The translations under genes and the position numbers were made by a program. A DNA stretch of 64,000 nt from Raja brachyura (lineage: Eukaryota): the NCBI GenBank assembly GCA_963514005.1, contig OY740782.1, positions 96,782,001-96,846,000 of the forward strand, written 5' to 3'. The number at the start of each line of letters is the position of its first letter. Positions within the stretch are counted from its first letter, which is position 1. Positions 49,383 through 60,750 of the stretch are shown piece after piece. The notes under the pieces are model-generated. The model did no database searches and had not been told where the DNA came from. It was given only the letters and a program-made list of their open reading frames with translations.

Positions 49383-49897
49383 TTAGTTTAGTTTAGAGAT
49401 ACAGTACGGAAACAGGTGCTTCAGCCCATTGAGTCTGTGCCTACCAGCGATCCCCATACATTAATATTATCCTACAGACTAGGGACAATTTACAATCTTT
49501 ACTAAAGCCAATTAACCTACAAACCTGAAAATAGACACAAAATGCTGGAGTAACTAAGCAGGACAGGTGGCATCTCTGGAGAGTAGGAGTGGGTCACGTT
49601 TCAGGTCAAGACCCTTCTTTAGAGTCGACTCAAAGCGTCACCCATTCCTTCTCTCCAGAGATGCTGCCTGTCCTGCTGAGTTACTCCAGCATTTTGTGTC
49701 TATCTTTGGTTTAAACCAGCATCTGCAGTTCCTTCCTACACAAACTACTAACCTGAACGCGGGAGGAAACTGGAACACCCGGAGAAAATCCACACGGCCA
49801 CAAGGAGAACTTACAAACTCTATGCAGACAACACCCATGGTCAGGATTAAACCTGGGTCTCTGGTGCAGTAAGGCAGCAACTCTACCACTACACCAC
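49383..49897 (-). mobile_element. HE1/V-type SINE split by an inverted Penelope-terminus dimer
   Basis: Tail 49383-49527, head 49750-49897. Confidence 0.75.
49530..49742. repeat. Head-to-head inverted pair of Penelope-terminus units inside a SINE
   Basis: ATAGACACAAAATGCTGGAGTAACT...AGTTACTCCAGCATTTTGTGTCTAT, arms about 70 bp. Confidence 0.85.
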
Positions 49898-49984
49898 AAT
49901 GCCGAATATTAACTATCTCATTGGAATCCGGCTGCATCTGTGGCATTTGCGATCTCCTATGTAAGCACTGCCACAATTGCAAGC

Positions 49985-50470
49985 TTAGAAACATAGAAAC
50001 ATAGAAAACAGGTGCGGGAGGAGGCCATTCGGCCCTTTGAGCCAGCACCGCCATTCATTGTGATCATGGCTGATCATCCCCAATCTATAACCCGTGCCTG
50101 CCTTCTCCTCATATCCCTTGATTCCACCAGTCGCTAGAGCTCGATCTAACTCTCCCTTAAATCCATCCAGTGATTTGGCCTCCACTGCCCTCTGTGACAT
50201 GGAATTCCACAAATTCACAACTCTCTGGGTGAAAACTTTTTTTCGCACATCAGTCCTAACTGGCCTCTCCTTTAGTCTAAGACTGAGGCCCCTGGTTCTG
50301 CACTCGCCCAACATTGGGAACATTTTTCCTGCATCTAGCCTTTCCAGTCCTTTTATAATATTATATGTTTCTATAAGATCACCCCTCATCCTTCTAAGCT
50401 CCAGTGAATACAAGCCTAGTCTTTTCAATCTTTCCTCATATGACAGTCCTGCTATCCCAGGGATCAAGCT
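49985..50470 (-). mobile_element. CR1 3' fragment
   Basis: ORF 49985-50479 is a CR1 C-terminus, with (CATAGAAA)n on the plus strand. Confidence 0.9.
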
Positions 50471-51027
50471 TGTTTCCAATGTAAACGCGAGTCATCATAC
50501 AGCGTTGTGGAAATTACAAATTGCACCAGGGACAGAGTGTAATCTTCCATATTCCAAAAATGTGCAGGTTTGAAGATTAATTGGCTTCAGTAAATTGAAC
50601 CGTGTGTGTAGAATGGAATTAGAGTATGGTTATCGCAGGTCAGTGTGGACTCAGTGCGCCAAAGTGCCTGTTTGCACATTGTCTCTCAAAGTAAACTAAA
50701 ATAAACTATTTTCCATCAAAATAAATAGTATAGTGTAATAAATAATAGTGTAAAACTGACTGCTGAATGTCCATCTTATAAATTGTGCTTCTGACCATGG
50801 TTAATCCCATCCCCTGATTTTCAAAATGGAAATTGGCAATGTTGTTAGATTTGCCATCCATCTTTCATTAGCTTCTTCTTAAAATTATTGAATTTATATT
50901 GGAGGAATAATTCTGCTGATCAGCCAGCAAAACAAAATAAATGACCGAGACCATTCCAACTGAATTGAGAGATACAGTGTGACACATTATGTAAGTAATA
51001 TGATGAGTGAATTTATGAAATTCTTGG

Positions 51028-52745
51028 ACCATATAACCATATAACAATTACAGCACGGAAACAGGCCATCTCGGCCATTCAAGTCCATGCCGAACAACTT
51101 TTTTCCCTTAGTCCCACCTGCCTGCACTCATACCATAACCCTCCATACCCTTCTCATCCATATGCCTATCCAATTTATTTTTAAATGATACCAACGAACC
51201 TGCCACCACCACTTCCACTGGAAGCTCATTCCACACCGCTACCACTCTCTGAGTAAAGAAGTTCCCCCTCATGTTACCCCTAAACCTCTGTCCCTTAATC
51301 CTAAAGTCATGTCCTCTTGTTTGAATCTTCCTATTCTCATAGGGAAAAGCTTGTCCACATCAACTCTGTCTATCCCTCTCATCATTTTAAAGACCTCTAT
51401 CAAGTCCCCCCTTAACCTTCTGCGCTCCAGAGAATAAAGACCTAACTTATTCAACCTATCTCTGTAACTTAGCTGTTGAAACCCAGGCAACATTCTAGTA
51501 AATCTCCTCTGTACCCTCTCTATTTTGTTGACATCCTTCCTATAATTGGGCGACCAAAATTGTACACCATACTCCAGATTTGGTCTCACCAATGCCTTGT
51601 ACAATTTTAACATTACATCCCAGCTTCTATACTCAATGCTCTGATTTATAAAGGCTAGCATACCAAAAGCTTTCTTTACCACCCTATCTATATGAGATTC
51701 CACCTTCAAGGAACTATGCACGGTTATTCCCAGATCCCTCTGTTCAACTGTACTCTTCAATTCCCTACCGTTTACCAAGTACGTCCTATTTTGATTTGTC
51801 CTGCCAAGGTGTAGCACCTCACATTTATCAGCATTAAACTCCATCTGCCATCTTTCAGCCCATTTTTCCAACTGGCCTAAATCACTCTGTAGACTTTGGA
51901 AATCCTCTTCATTATCCACAACACCCCCTATCTTGGTATCATCTGCATACTTACTAATCCAATTTACCACCCCTTCATCCAGATCATTGATGTACATGAC
52001 AAACAACAAAGGACCCAACACAGATCCCTGAGGCACCCCACTAGTCACCTGCCTCCAACCCGACAAACAGCCATCCACTATTACCCTCTGGCTTCTCCCA
52101 TTCAGCCACTGTTGAATCCATCTTGCTATTCCTGCATTTATACCCAACAGTTGAACCTTCTTAACCAACCTTCCATGAGGAACCTTGTCAAAGGCCTTAC
52201 TGAAGTCCATATAGACAACATCCACTGCTTTACCCTCGTCAATTTCCCTAGTAACCTCTTCAAAAAATTCAAGGAGATTAGTCAAACATGACCTTCCAGG
52301 CATAAATCCATGTTGACTGTTCCTAATTAGACCCTCTTTATCCAGATACTTATATATATTATCTCTAAGTATCTTTTCCATTAATTTGCCCACCACTGAA
52401 GTCAAACTAACCGGTCTATAATTGCTAGGTTTACTTTTAGAACCCTTTTTAAATAATGGAACAACATGCGCAGTACGCCAATCCTCGGGGACTATTCCCG
52501 TTTCTAATGACATTTGAAATATTTCAGTCATAGCCCCGGCTATTTCTACACTAACTTCCCTCAATGTCCTTGGGAATATCCTGTCAGGACCTGGAGACAT
52601 CCACTTTTATATTTTTCAAAAGTGTCAGTACTTCTTTTACTTTGAAACTCATAGTATCCATACCTACTCTACTAGTTTCCCTTACCTCACATAATTCAAT
52701 ATCCTTCTCCTTGGTGAATACCGAAGAAAATAAATTGTTCAATAT
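51028..52745 (-). mobile_element. 5'-truncated CR1 (HER1-like subfamily) with open 443-aa RT frame
   Basis: NYRPVSLTS, QHGF, DFSKAFD, PQGSVLGP, YADD motifs. Tail is (ATATGGTT)n. Confidence 0.92.
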
Positions 52746-54310
52746 TAAACACAGCACAGATCCATCTGTGGTCATGGAACTTCCAAAGGTATTTTGCACT
52801 GGGGATGGGAGATAATGAGTCCAATTTATGTAAAATCTGACTAACCTGAGAGAGTTAATGGAAAGTAACCCCTACGTAAACCGGGGAGGGCCTGTATAAC
52901 TCAACAAGAGCTGTGCATAAGTGAATGTTACAGACGGACTCATCCCATGGACTGGAACCATATGCTGAGGTATATACAGAAGCTGTTGCAGCTGCCACAG
53001 AGGCTCTCTGGGGACCACAATTTAAGTTCCTCCTCTTATTGCACTGTCCTCTCATTGAGAGGCCAGAGACTGCATAAAACTTCTCAAGTGTATTGATCAT
53101 CGACTATATGAGTAAGAAAAAATGATAATAGACACAAAATGATAGAGTAACTCAGTGGGTCAGGCAGTATCTCAGAAAGAATGGGTGATGTCTCGGGTCA
53201 AGATCGTTCTTCAGATTGTCCCACTATTGATGCCACTAATATTGTGCAAATTTTGTAAGCAAATAGAATGTTTACTGTGCATGGCAACTTATGAACATAC
53301 TGCACTATATATCTGCAAATTTTATACATAGATATAGGTTGGGAAAAAACAATGGAAGAGCAGCAGTAGGTGCTTCACATGTTCTCTAGTACTTCCAATC
53401 TTCCATGTTAAAGATTAATTTTCAGACTGGAGAAATCTTTCAGGCCATAATGATGCAATTATAAACTTGGACTGTACATAAAATCTGCTGTTGTGCTATT
53501 TAAACAAAGAAATGGAGTGGGGAAAACTGGACATAGTGAAGGGAACTGCAGATGAGAGAGGGATAAGACTTTGGAAGAGGTAATTTGGCTCAGCTATGAC
53601 AGGCAGTGAAAAGCTTGGGGAAGTGACAAGGGAAGACAATAGGGAATGAGAATAATAAGAACCAGAGGCAAAGCATGGTCAGAATTACATGTAAATTCAC
53701 TGATATCACAACAAATTCCTGCTGTAAACATTTCACTGGACAAGGTTGGGCCTGACACAATCAGAGCTTAAGTATACAGAGAACTGTAGATTTGAATACA
53801 ATAATTTGGAGAATACAATGATTCAGAGAAATTTGGACTAAAACCTAAAATAAAGTATAAGCAAAAAAGGTTGTCAAAGCATTTTGGCTTCCAGCAAGAG
53901 AAAAAGTAAATAATAGTCAAGAATTTTCTTAAATTGTTACCTTCAGCAAATCTGTGCAAACTCTTGTGCCTTTGATGTGTTGTACAGATGAAGTAAGTGC
54001 AGTAAATATCAAACTTCGACCATGAGGAGCAGCCATTCCTGTTTTGTTGTATTTCCAGGGAGTGAGTGAGTTTGCAGTTTAACCTGTAAAGTGCTGCTAT
54101 GATCCATGAACAGTCAAAAATAAACTGAGTCCCAGCAGCAAACAGTCCAAAGCAGATTCAGAAACCAACCTCTAATCCTCACCTTCTTTACCCCACCATC
54201 TTCCACATAAATGCAGAATGCAAAGGTTATCAAATCAATGACACTGATTGGGTAAATTATAGCATCAGTAAATGGTTAGACTGGTAACACCAAAGTTTGC
54301 TGTTGGTGCA

Positions 54311-54347
54311 GTAAACAGTAAAGTGGTGTTACTAGTTACTAGGAGAC
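54311..54347 (-). promoter_or_regulatory. Candidate promoter: forkhead site GTAAACA plus RFX X-box-like GTTACTAGGAGAC
   Basis: Motifs at 54311-54317 and 54335-54347 in non-repetitive DNA, upstream of minus-strand donors at 54183 (AAG|GTGAGG) and 53941 (AAG|GTAACA). Confidence 0.4.
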
Positions 54348-55395
54348 AGACCTCCTGCAGTTCTCTTGTTAATTGAAACAAACATGTGAGGTTGTTTTCT
54401 GACTATGAAAGGTGATGCTTTATTAGTAATAAAACACAAAAAAGGATAATTGCCCAGATGTATAAGTATTTATGCTTCAGTGTGAGATCTAATACCATCA
54501 ACACAAAAAATGTGACTTATGTCATTGACTCAATTTTGTAATTATAGCTTCTTTATAAGGTACTGGTTAGGACAATGCTTGACCTGGGTATTGGTGGTGG
54601 GTTGGGCAATGGTTGGGTTTGGAGGTTGTTGTGTTGATGGCTGCATTGAGACTCACACTGGTATTGATTGGGAAATTGGGAAGGTTGGTACTGGGAAGCA
54701 TTTCAATTGTCTATAGAGGAGGCAAGAGTGTCAGATCATGGTTAGTGGAGGATGATAAAAAGAAGATAACGAGCTGTGAGTTTTGGGAATCTGGTCATGA
54801 CAGGAGGATTAGGCATTACAATTAATGAGCATATTACTTAAAGGGAACGTTCCTGAGGCGGGTCTCCTGCACTAGGCACCATGGCTCACAACCAGGGTAA
54901 TTCCCCTTAAATGTTCTGAAGCTCAATTCTGCATGAGTGACCTGCTGTTACAGCCCATGCATGTGTGGTAAAAAATAGTGGAAGTAGCATCCGTACCATA
55001 CAATTGTATACAACTTTTGTCTCCGGAGGGTAATTGCATGGCAGATACATTCATACAGTTTGTCAAACTCTCAGCAACCCACAATTTATTTAGCAAATTG
55101 TTTTTCATTGAATTGAACTTCATAGCACTCAAAATAATTTAGTTTCTAGATAGATCTAGAATTTTCCATGCTGAAATTGGAAGTAATACCAAGTCTTCCC
55201 AGTAGACAGCAGCAAGACACTGCAATTCAGTGTTCTCAAACTTTACCAGGTAATGCTGAGAAAGATTTATTAGATTTCAAATACATTTTCATTGGTGACA
55301 TGTATTAGATACTGATTTGTGTAATAGGAGCACAAAATATAGCCCAGGTTTGAGCTATTTATATTGTTATCGATATGATAACATAACTGATGTGC

Positions 55396-55430
55396 AAGTC
55401 TGATGAAGGTTCTTGACCCGAAACATCACC
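55396..55430 (+). ncRNA. Minimal hammerhead motif in a solo unit (55396-55525)
   Basis: CUGAUGA-A-GGUUC UU GACCC-GAAAC-AUC. Confidence 0.55.
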
Positions 55431-56019
55431 CATTCCTTCTCTGCAGAGATGTTGCTTGTCCCACAGAGTTTCTCCAGCATTTTGTGTCTATCTTCGATTT
55501 AAACCAGCATCTGCAGTTCCTTCCTGTACCTCTTATTTACCTGCACATAATCCATATCCCTCCATTCCCTGCATATCCATGTGCACATCCAAAACTCTCT
55601 GAAATCGCTTAACTCTCTTAAGTACCTGTTTTAACCACAACCCCCGACAGCGCATTCCACCCTCTGTGTGACAATGTTGTCATGCACATCTTTTTTTTAA
55701 TTTGCCTCTCTTAACTTAAAGCTATGCCCTCGAGTATTTGATTTTTTTTCACATCCCACACATGATATATAAATTATACATTAATACTACACGACAGTGA
55801 AAAGAAAAATAATGTGCAAAAAGACATTTGTGCAAAAATACACAATTAAAAGGACAAAGGACATTTATTGTCACATACAATATGACACACTGCCTTGGTT
55901 GACACAGGATAATGTATTAATTTATTGTTTAATTCATTGTTTAATTTATACAATAAATGTCTTAAACAATAAAAAATTTCTCAACAGTAATAACCCCTCT
56001 TTCGCAGGGCAAATTACAA

Positions 56020-58697
56020 AGGAGAACTCAAACAGAACCCAAACTGCTTGCTCAATCTTTGCATTGCGAGGACAGGTTTGTCATAAACCCTAAAAGGTTC
56101 CTTAACTGGACTATCCTGCGGTGAGGATTTGGTCTAATGGCACGTCCTGCGCCTTTGCTGTGTACGTTGATGCCGCCCTGGCGGAGTGATTTAAACACAT
56201 CAGTGTCTACTCCAGCAAAATGCAAACCTGTTTCGGTCATCTAGCAATAGCTTGTACTGACACCTATGTATGAGATTTTATGTGGCTGATGACCATCAGT
56301 GTTTCAGAGCCTCTGAGACTCTTGATGAAATTTATATTATTAGCTCGTAACTACATATAGTCTTAGATCAATGAGTATATTTTAAGCTTATTTTGGTTCC
56401 AGCCATCCCAGGCCTGCTCTGTTTGATTAGATCATATGAATAAAACACAATATCATCTACAGAAGAATGCATGCTGTCCAGTCATAACTTTTGCAATATT
56501 TGGACCCATAATGCTGCCACTAGCACCATGAACATGATCACTTTGAGTGTTAACTTCCGGAAAGGCAGAGATGTAATTGGAGCCCATTGCCAAAGCAGTG
56601 TGAGAACTATGCTCACATCCCAGATTTCTGAATATGTACGTCTAGGAGGGTTTTGTTAAAATACCTCCTATGAATCGGCCAACAATAGATGAGATCTGAC
56701 AGAGTGTTGTCCGGACCCTTGCCCTAAGTAGGAGGACAAAGTACTTCTAGTACCATAAATGGCACTATAGCTTAACTGCTCATCAAAATGCAATGTAGCC
56801 AGGAACTCCAATACATCGGTATGCCTGAAACTTATGATAAGATTTATTTAACTGTAAACAGGACATCTCCCATTTCTTAATATGAGATACATATTGTTTT
56901 TTAGTATTATCTCTCCAGACCATCGTAATCACATCGACAGTTCTACTCAACAGCCTGGTCAGAAGATACAAATCAATAAATTAATATGCTCATGTAAAGG
57001 GAAACTTTCCTCCTGTCCCAGTGTGAACCAACAAGTTACTGTAATTGGGATGATCATGAATGCTGTGTCATCCGTCTCAAACCAATGTGACCATGCTGTG
57101 TGGACCAGTTTAGAACCCACTAAACACCTAAGTGTAGTCATACTCTATTTTGGTGAGACCTTGATTGAATGAGGAAGAAATGGGGAAAGCGTAAGAACGT
57201 ACATCCCCAATGTAGCGAGAATGTATCCTCCGCTACTGCCACTAGGTTTGGTTCCCATGCCGAATACAGGTACTGGTAATTTAACCCAGATGCAACAGAT
57301 CTATGTCTGGCAATCCATACCGGCTAACAATGATTTTGAAACTTTTTGATTCTTAATTTTTTTTTGTGTGCGTTTTTTTTGTTTGTCATTGAATTTACAT
57401 GACCTGGTGTCTGCAACTTTCGCATTATCTCTACCTGATAGGTAGATATCTGAGACCCAGATGTTCTTTATAATGCACCAGTGCCAGAAGAGGCTAGGCA
57501 GACTGTTACAGAATAATGACCTCATTCTACCCATGTGATTGGTGTGGATACCAACTGTAGTATTATCAATTGGAAGCTGCACATGCAAATCATGCATTGT
57601 TAAGCAGAATTCTTTGGGCCATAGAATGCACCCAGCAATTCTACGCAGCCTCAGCAGGGTTAATGTTTCTTTCACATTTTATCTGCCGTCCCAGCCAGAC
57701 TTGATATCAGTGGCTCCTCATCCTGAAGCTCACATCAGTTTGTAAACTAAAGGTTATTGAGTCAGAATGTCTCGGATGTAACATTGCGAGACATTAGTTA
57801 CAATTTTGGCTGTAGGCAAAGTACTGTCATGTTAATTAACCAATGATGACCTGAAACGGCCAATCATTCTAAATGGTACTAATCAAAGTTTAATTAGATG
57901 CGTGAGGACAGGTGTGTGGTAGCGGAATATTTATCTTTCAGATCTATGGCTGCCATATAACACCCTTTTTTATCCCAGTTACAATACTGAAATTTTTATT
58001 TAAACCTTTTTTACTGACCCTTAAGCATTAAGTATGTTCCGGTCCAGAATGACTTGACACCTAGGGGTTGCTGGCGCCGCCTCTCGTAGAGGCCGGCGCT
58101 TTTTACATGAAGCAGCCCTGTCCTAGGCGCTTCCCCTATTATAGTGGAGTCTCACTAATTTGATGGTGTGAATTTGTAAAGGGTGAAAATACCCTTATTA
58201 TCGAAGAGAAAACCTTGCAGCCCGACTCACCCGAGTTCTCATAGGGCTGCACAAGTTCTCTCTCCCTCCAAATTTACTCCATGCCTGGGGTAACGTGTCT
58301 GTGAGTCGCTGACCGACTGTCAGTGACTCTAGCATTATTTAAACCGCATCCCCGCAGGCTGGAAACCACTAACTGCTTTGTCAGCGGCTGTTATCTCGAA
58401 ACCCGATATTTTGACGTCTATCCGCTTCAGCGGTCGGACCGGGGTTCCCCCGCAGCCCACAGCCGGCTTAGGCATCGGACCTCCGATAAATCTGGCAGGA
58501 ACCCTCTGTAAAGAGAGGCTCCTGCTCAAACCAACAATGCTGGTAAGTAAAAATACTTACCTTCTAGGTTGAAACTTACCGCCGGCGGGAGCATTGCCCC
58601 GCCAGTCCGGTGCTTGCCAATGCATCTGACGTAATGACAAGCTTGCGCTCTGTCGGGGCTTCTTCACGTAGTCACTCACGTGACTCTGAAGTAAAAT
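56020..58697 (-). mobile_element. Decayed DIRS-type tyrosine-recombinase retrotransposon
   Basis: RNase H-like DNTTV..HTNHMG...CN.L...WHWC...IW.S..YL.G..N..VADTRS (57301-57675). Recombinase C-terminus AGVDTDVFKSHSARAAST (frameshifted, about 56080-56230). Palindromic terminus TTCAGAGTCACGTGAGTGACTACGTGAAG near 58650-58697. Confidence 0.75.
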
Positions 58698-59949
58698 GGG
58701 GTTATGAGGGAGAGTTAGATAAGCCATGATTGAATGGCATAGACGATATTCATTCTGTCCTCATTCTACTCCTATCAGAGAGAGTTAGATGTAGCTCTTA
58801 GGGCTAATGGAATCAAGGAATATGGGAAGAAAGCAGGAACAAGGTATTACTGATTTTGGATGATCAGCCATTATCACATTGAATGGCGGTGTTGTCTCGA
58901 AGGGCCTAATGGCCTACACCTGCAACTATTTTCTATGGTTCTATATCTATTGCTCATGATCTTATGAGACCCGAGTTTGATCCTGACCTCGGGTGCTGCC
59001 TGTGACCACGTCGATTTCCTCCAGTTGCTCCGGTTTCCTCCCACATTCCAATGATGTTCAATTCAGTTTATTGTCACGTGTATTGAAGTAAGATGAAAAG
59101 CTTTTTGTTGCATGCTAACTGGTTGGAATATTTTCTTGAATTTAACAAAGGTTGAACATAGATGTGTCAGGAAAATCAGGTGAGATTGAAAGTCAACATT
59201 TTTTAAATTCAAAATTCCTTATGTTAATTTAAATGGTGAGTTCCAGCAGCTTGGTTGATTCCCTCTCTCAACCATGAAGCTGAGAGCTTTTGTCAGCATT
59301 AAAGATTCTTACAACTTTGGATCTTTTAAAAAGACAGCAGCAGAGTGGAAGGCACCATGGATGTTTTCAACACTAGTTCTCAGGTGGATGCAAAATAACA
59401 TAGCAGCAGGGGCATTATGGAATACTGCTCCAAAGAGGGTTGGCAATGTGCCAAAGACTTACAGAAGCGAGGCGCATGAGTCTAATGTCCACAAGACCAA
59501 AGTGAATAGGTGAATGTCACAGGAAACTGGGAACCATTGGAGGGAGTTTGCAAAGAGACTTCCGCTGGATATGATTTGAAGGCTGAGAGGCCGAGGCCAT
59601 ATCAGGCACCACTTCTGAAGAAGGACTCACATATAGACCCTGGAAAGCCTTAACTTAATTAAAGAACAATGCAGTCAGACATAGGGTTGGCATTTAGGAG
59701 ACAATGGACATACACTTCAAAACTGGTAGATGCTCTTGTGAGAAAACACCATCACTTAGGCACAAAGAAGGACCATGTGATCACCAAGTATGTCATTGAG
59801 GGAGAGTTCATCATGTTCAGATGTACATCAGTTGCCTGGCATGGGAGGAAGACTTGGGCAATGAACCTTCCTGTAGCAAATAACAAGGAAACCCACACCA
59901 TAGTCATTTAATTTTGCCTCCCACTTGAACACAGTCATGACATATCTGA

Positions 59950-60750
59950 GATGTCATATCTATGATGAGCGTTAGACGGCACAGGGCCTGTACTCGCTGG
60001 AGTTTAGATGGATGAGGGGAGACCTCATTGAAACTTATCGAAAAGTGAAAGGCCTGATGTGGAGAGGATGTTTCCACTAATGGGAGAGTCTAAGACTAGA
60101 GGCCATACCCTGTGAATAAAAGGATGTACCTTTAGGAAGGAGATGAGGAGGAATTTTGTTAGTCAGAGGGTGGTGAATCTGTGAAATTCATTGCCACAGA
60201 GGGCTAGTGGAGGCCCAGTTAATATATATTTTGTGACAGAGATTGACAGGTTCGTGGAAGGAGTTAGGAGTTATGGGGAGAAGGAAGATCAATGGGGTTG
60301 AGAGTTAAAGGTGGGTCAGCAAAGATTGAATGGCAGAGTAAACTTGATGTGCCAGATGGTGTGAGCATGTAACACACATTCTCAGTGTGAGCATGTAGTT
60401 TTATTCCAGGAACTATGATCTCTTCCCTCATTCCAAAGGCCTGCTGGATGGCAGGTTAATTGCCCATTCTAAAATTCTAAAATTGTGAGTTTATGAGCGA
60501 GTGATAGAATTTTGGGTGGAGTTCAAGTGAATATGAAGAGAATAAAATGGGCTTACTATAGGATTGGTGTCATTAGGTGCTATAGTTAGATGTGGCCCTT
60601 GTGGCTAAGGGGATCAGAGGGTATGGAGAGAAGGCAGGTATGGGATACTGAGTTGGATGATCAGCCATGATCATATTGAATGGCGGTGCAGGCTCGAAGG
60701 GCCGAATGGCCTACTCCTGCACCTAATTTCTATGTTTCTATGTTTCTATG
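59950..60750 (+). mobile_element. CR1 3' fragments and SINE pieces
   Basis: CR1 C-terminal coding sequence 59960-60350 and CR1 3'UTR with (TTTCTATG)n at 60580-60750. Confidence 0.75.

Noticed and set aside
53988-53992. Plus-strand 5-nt microexon CAG|ATGAA|GTAAGT
   Set aside because: Weak polypyrimidine tract, no plus-strand gene context, and it overlaps a better minus-strand exon candidate.
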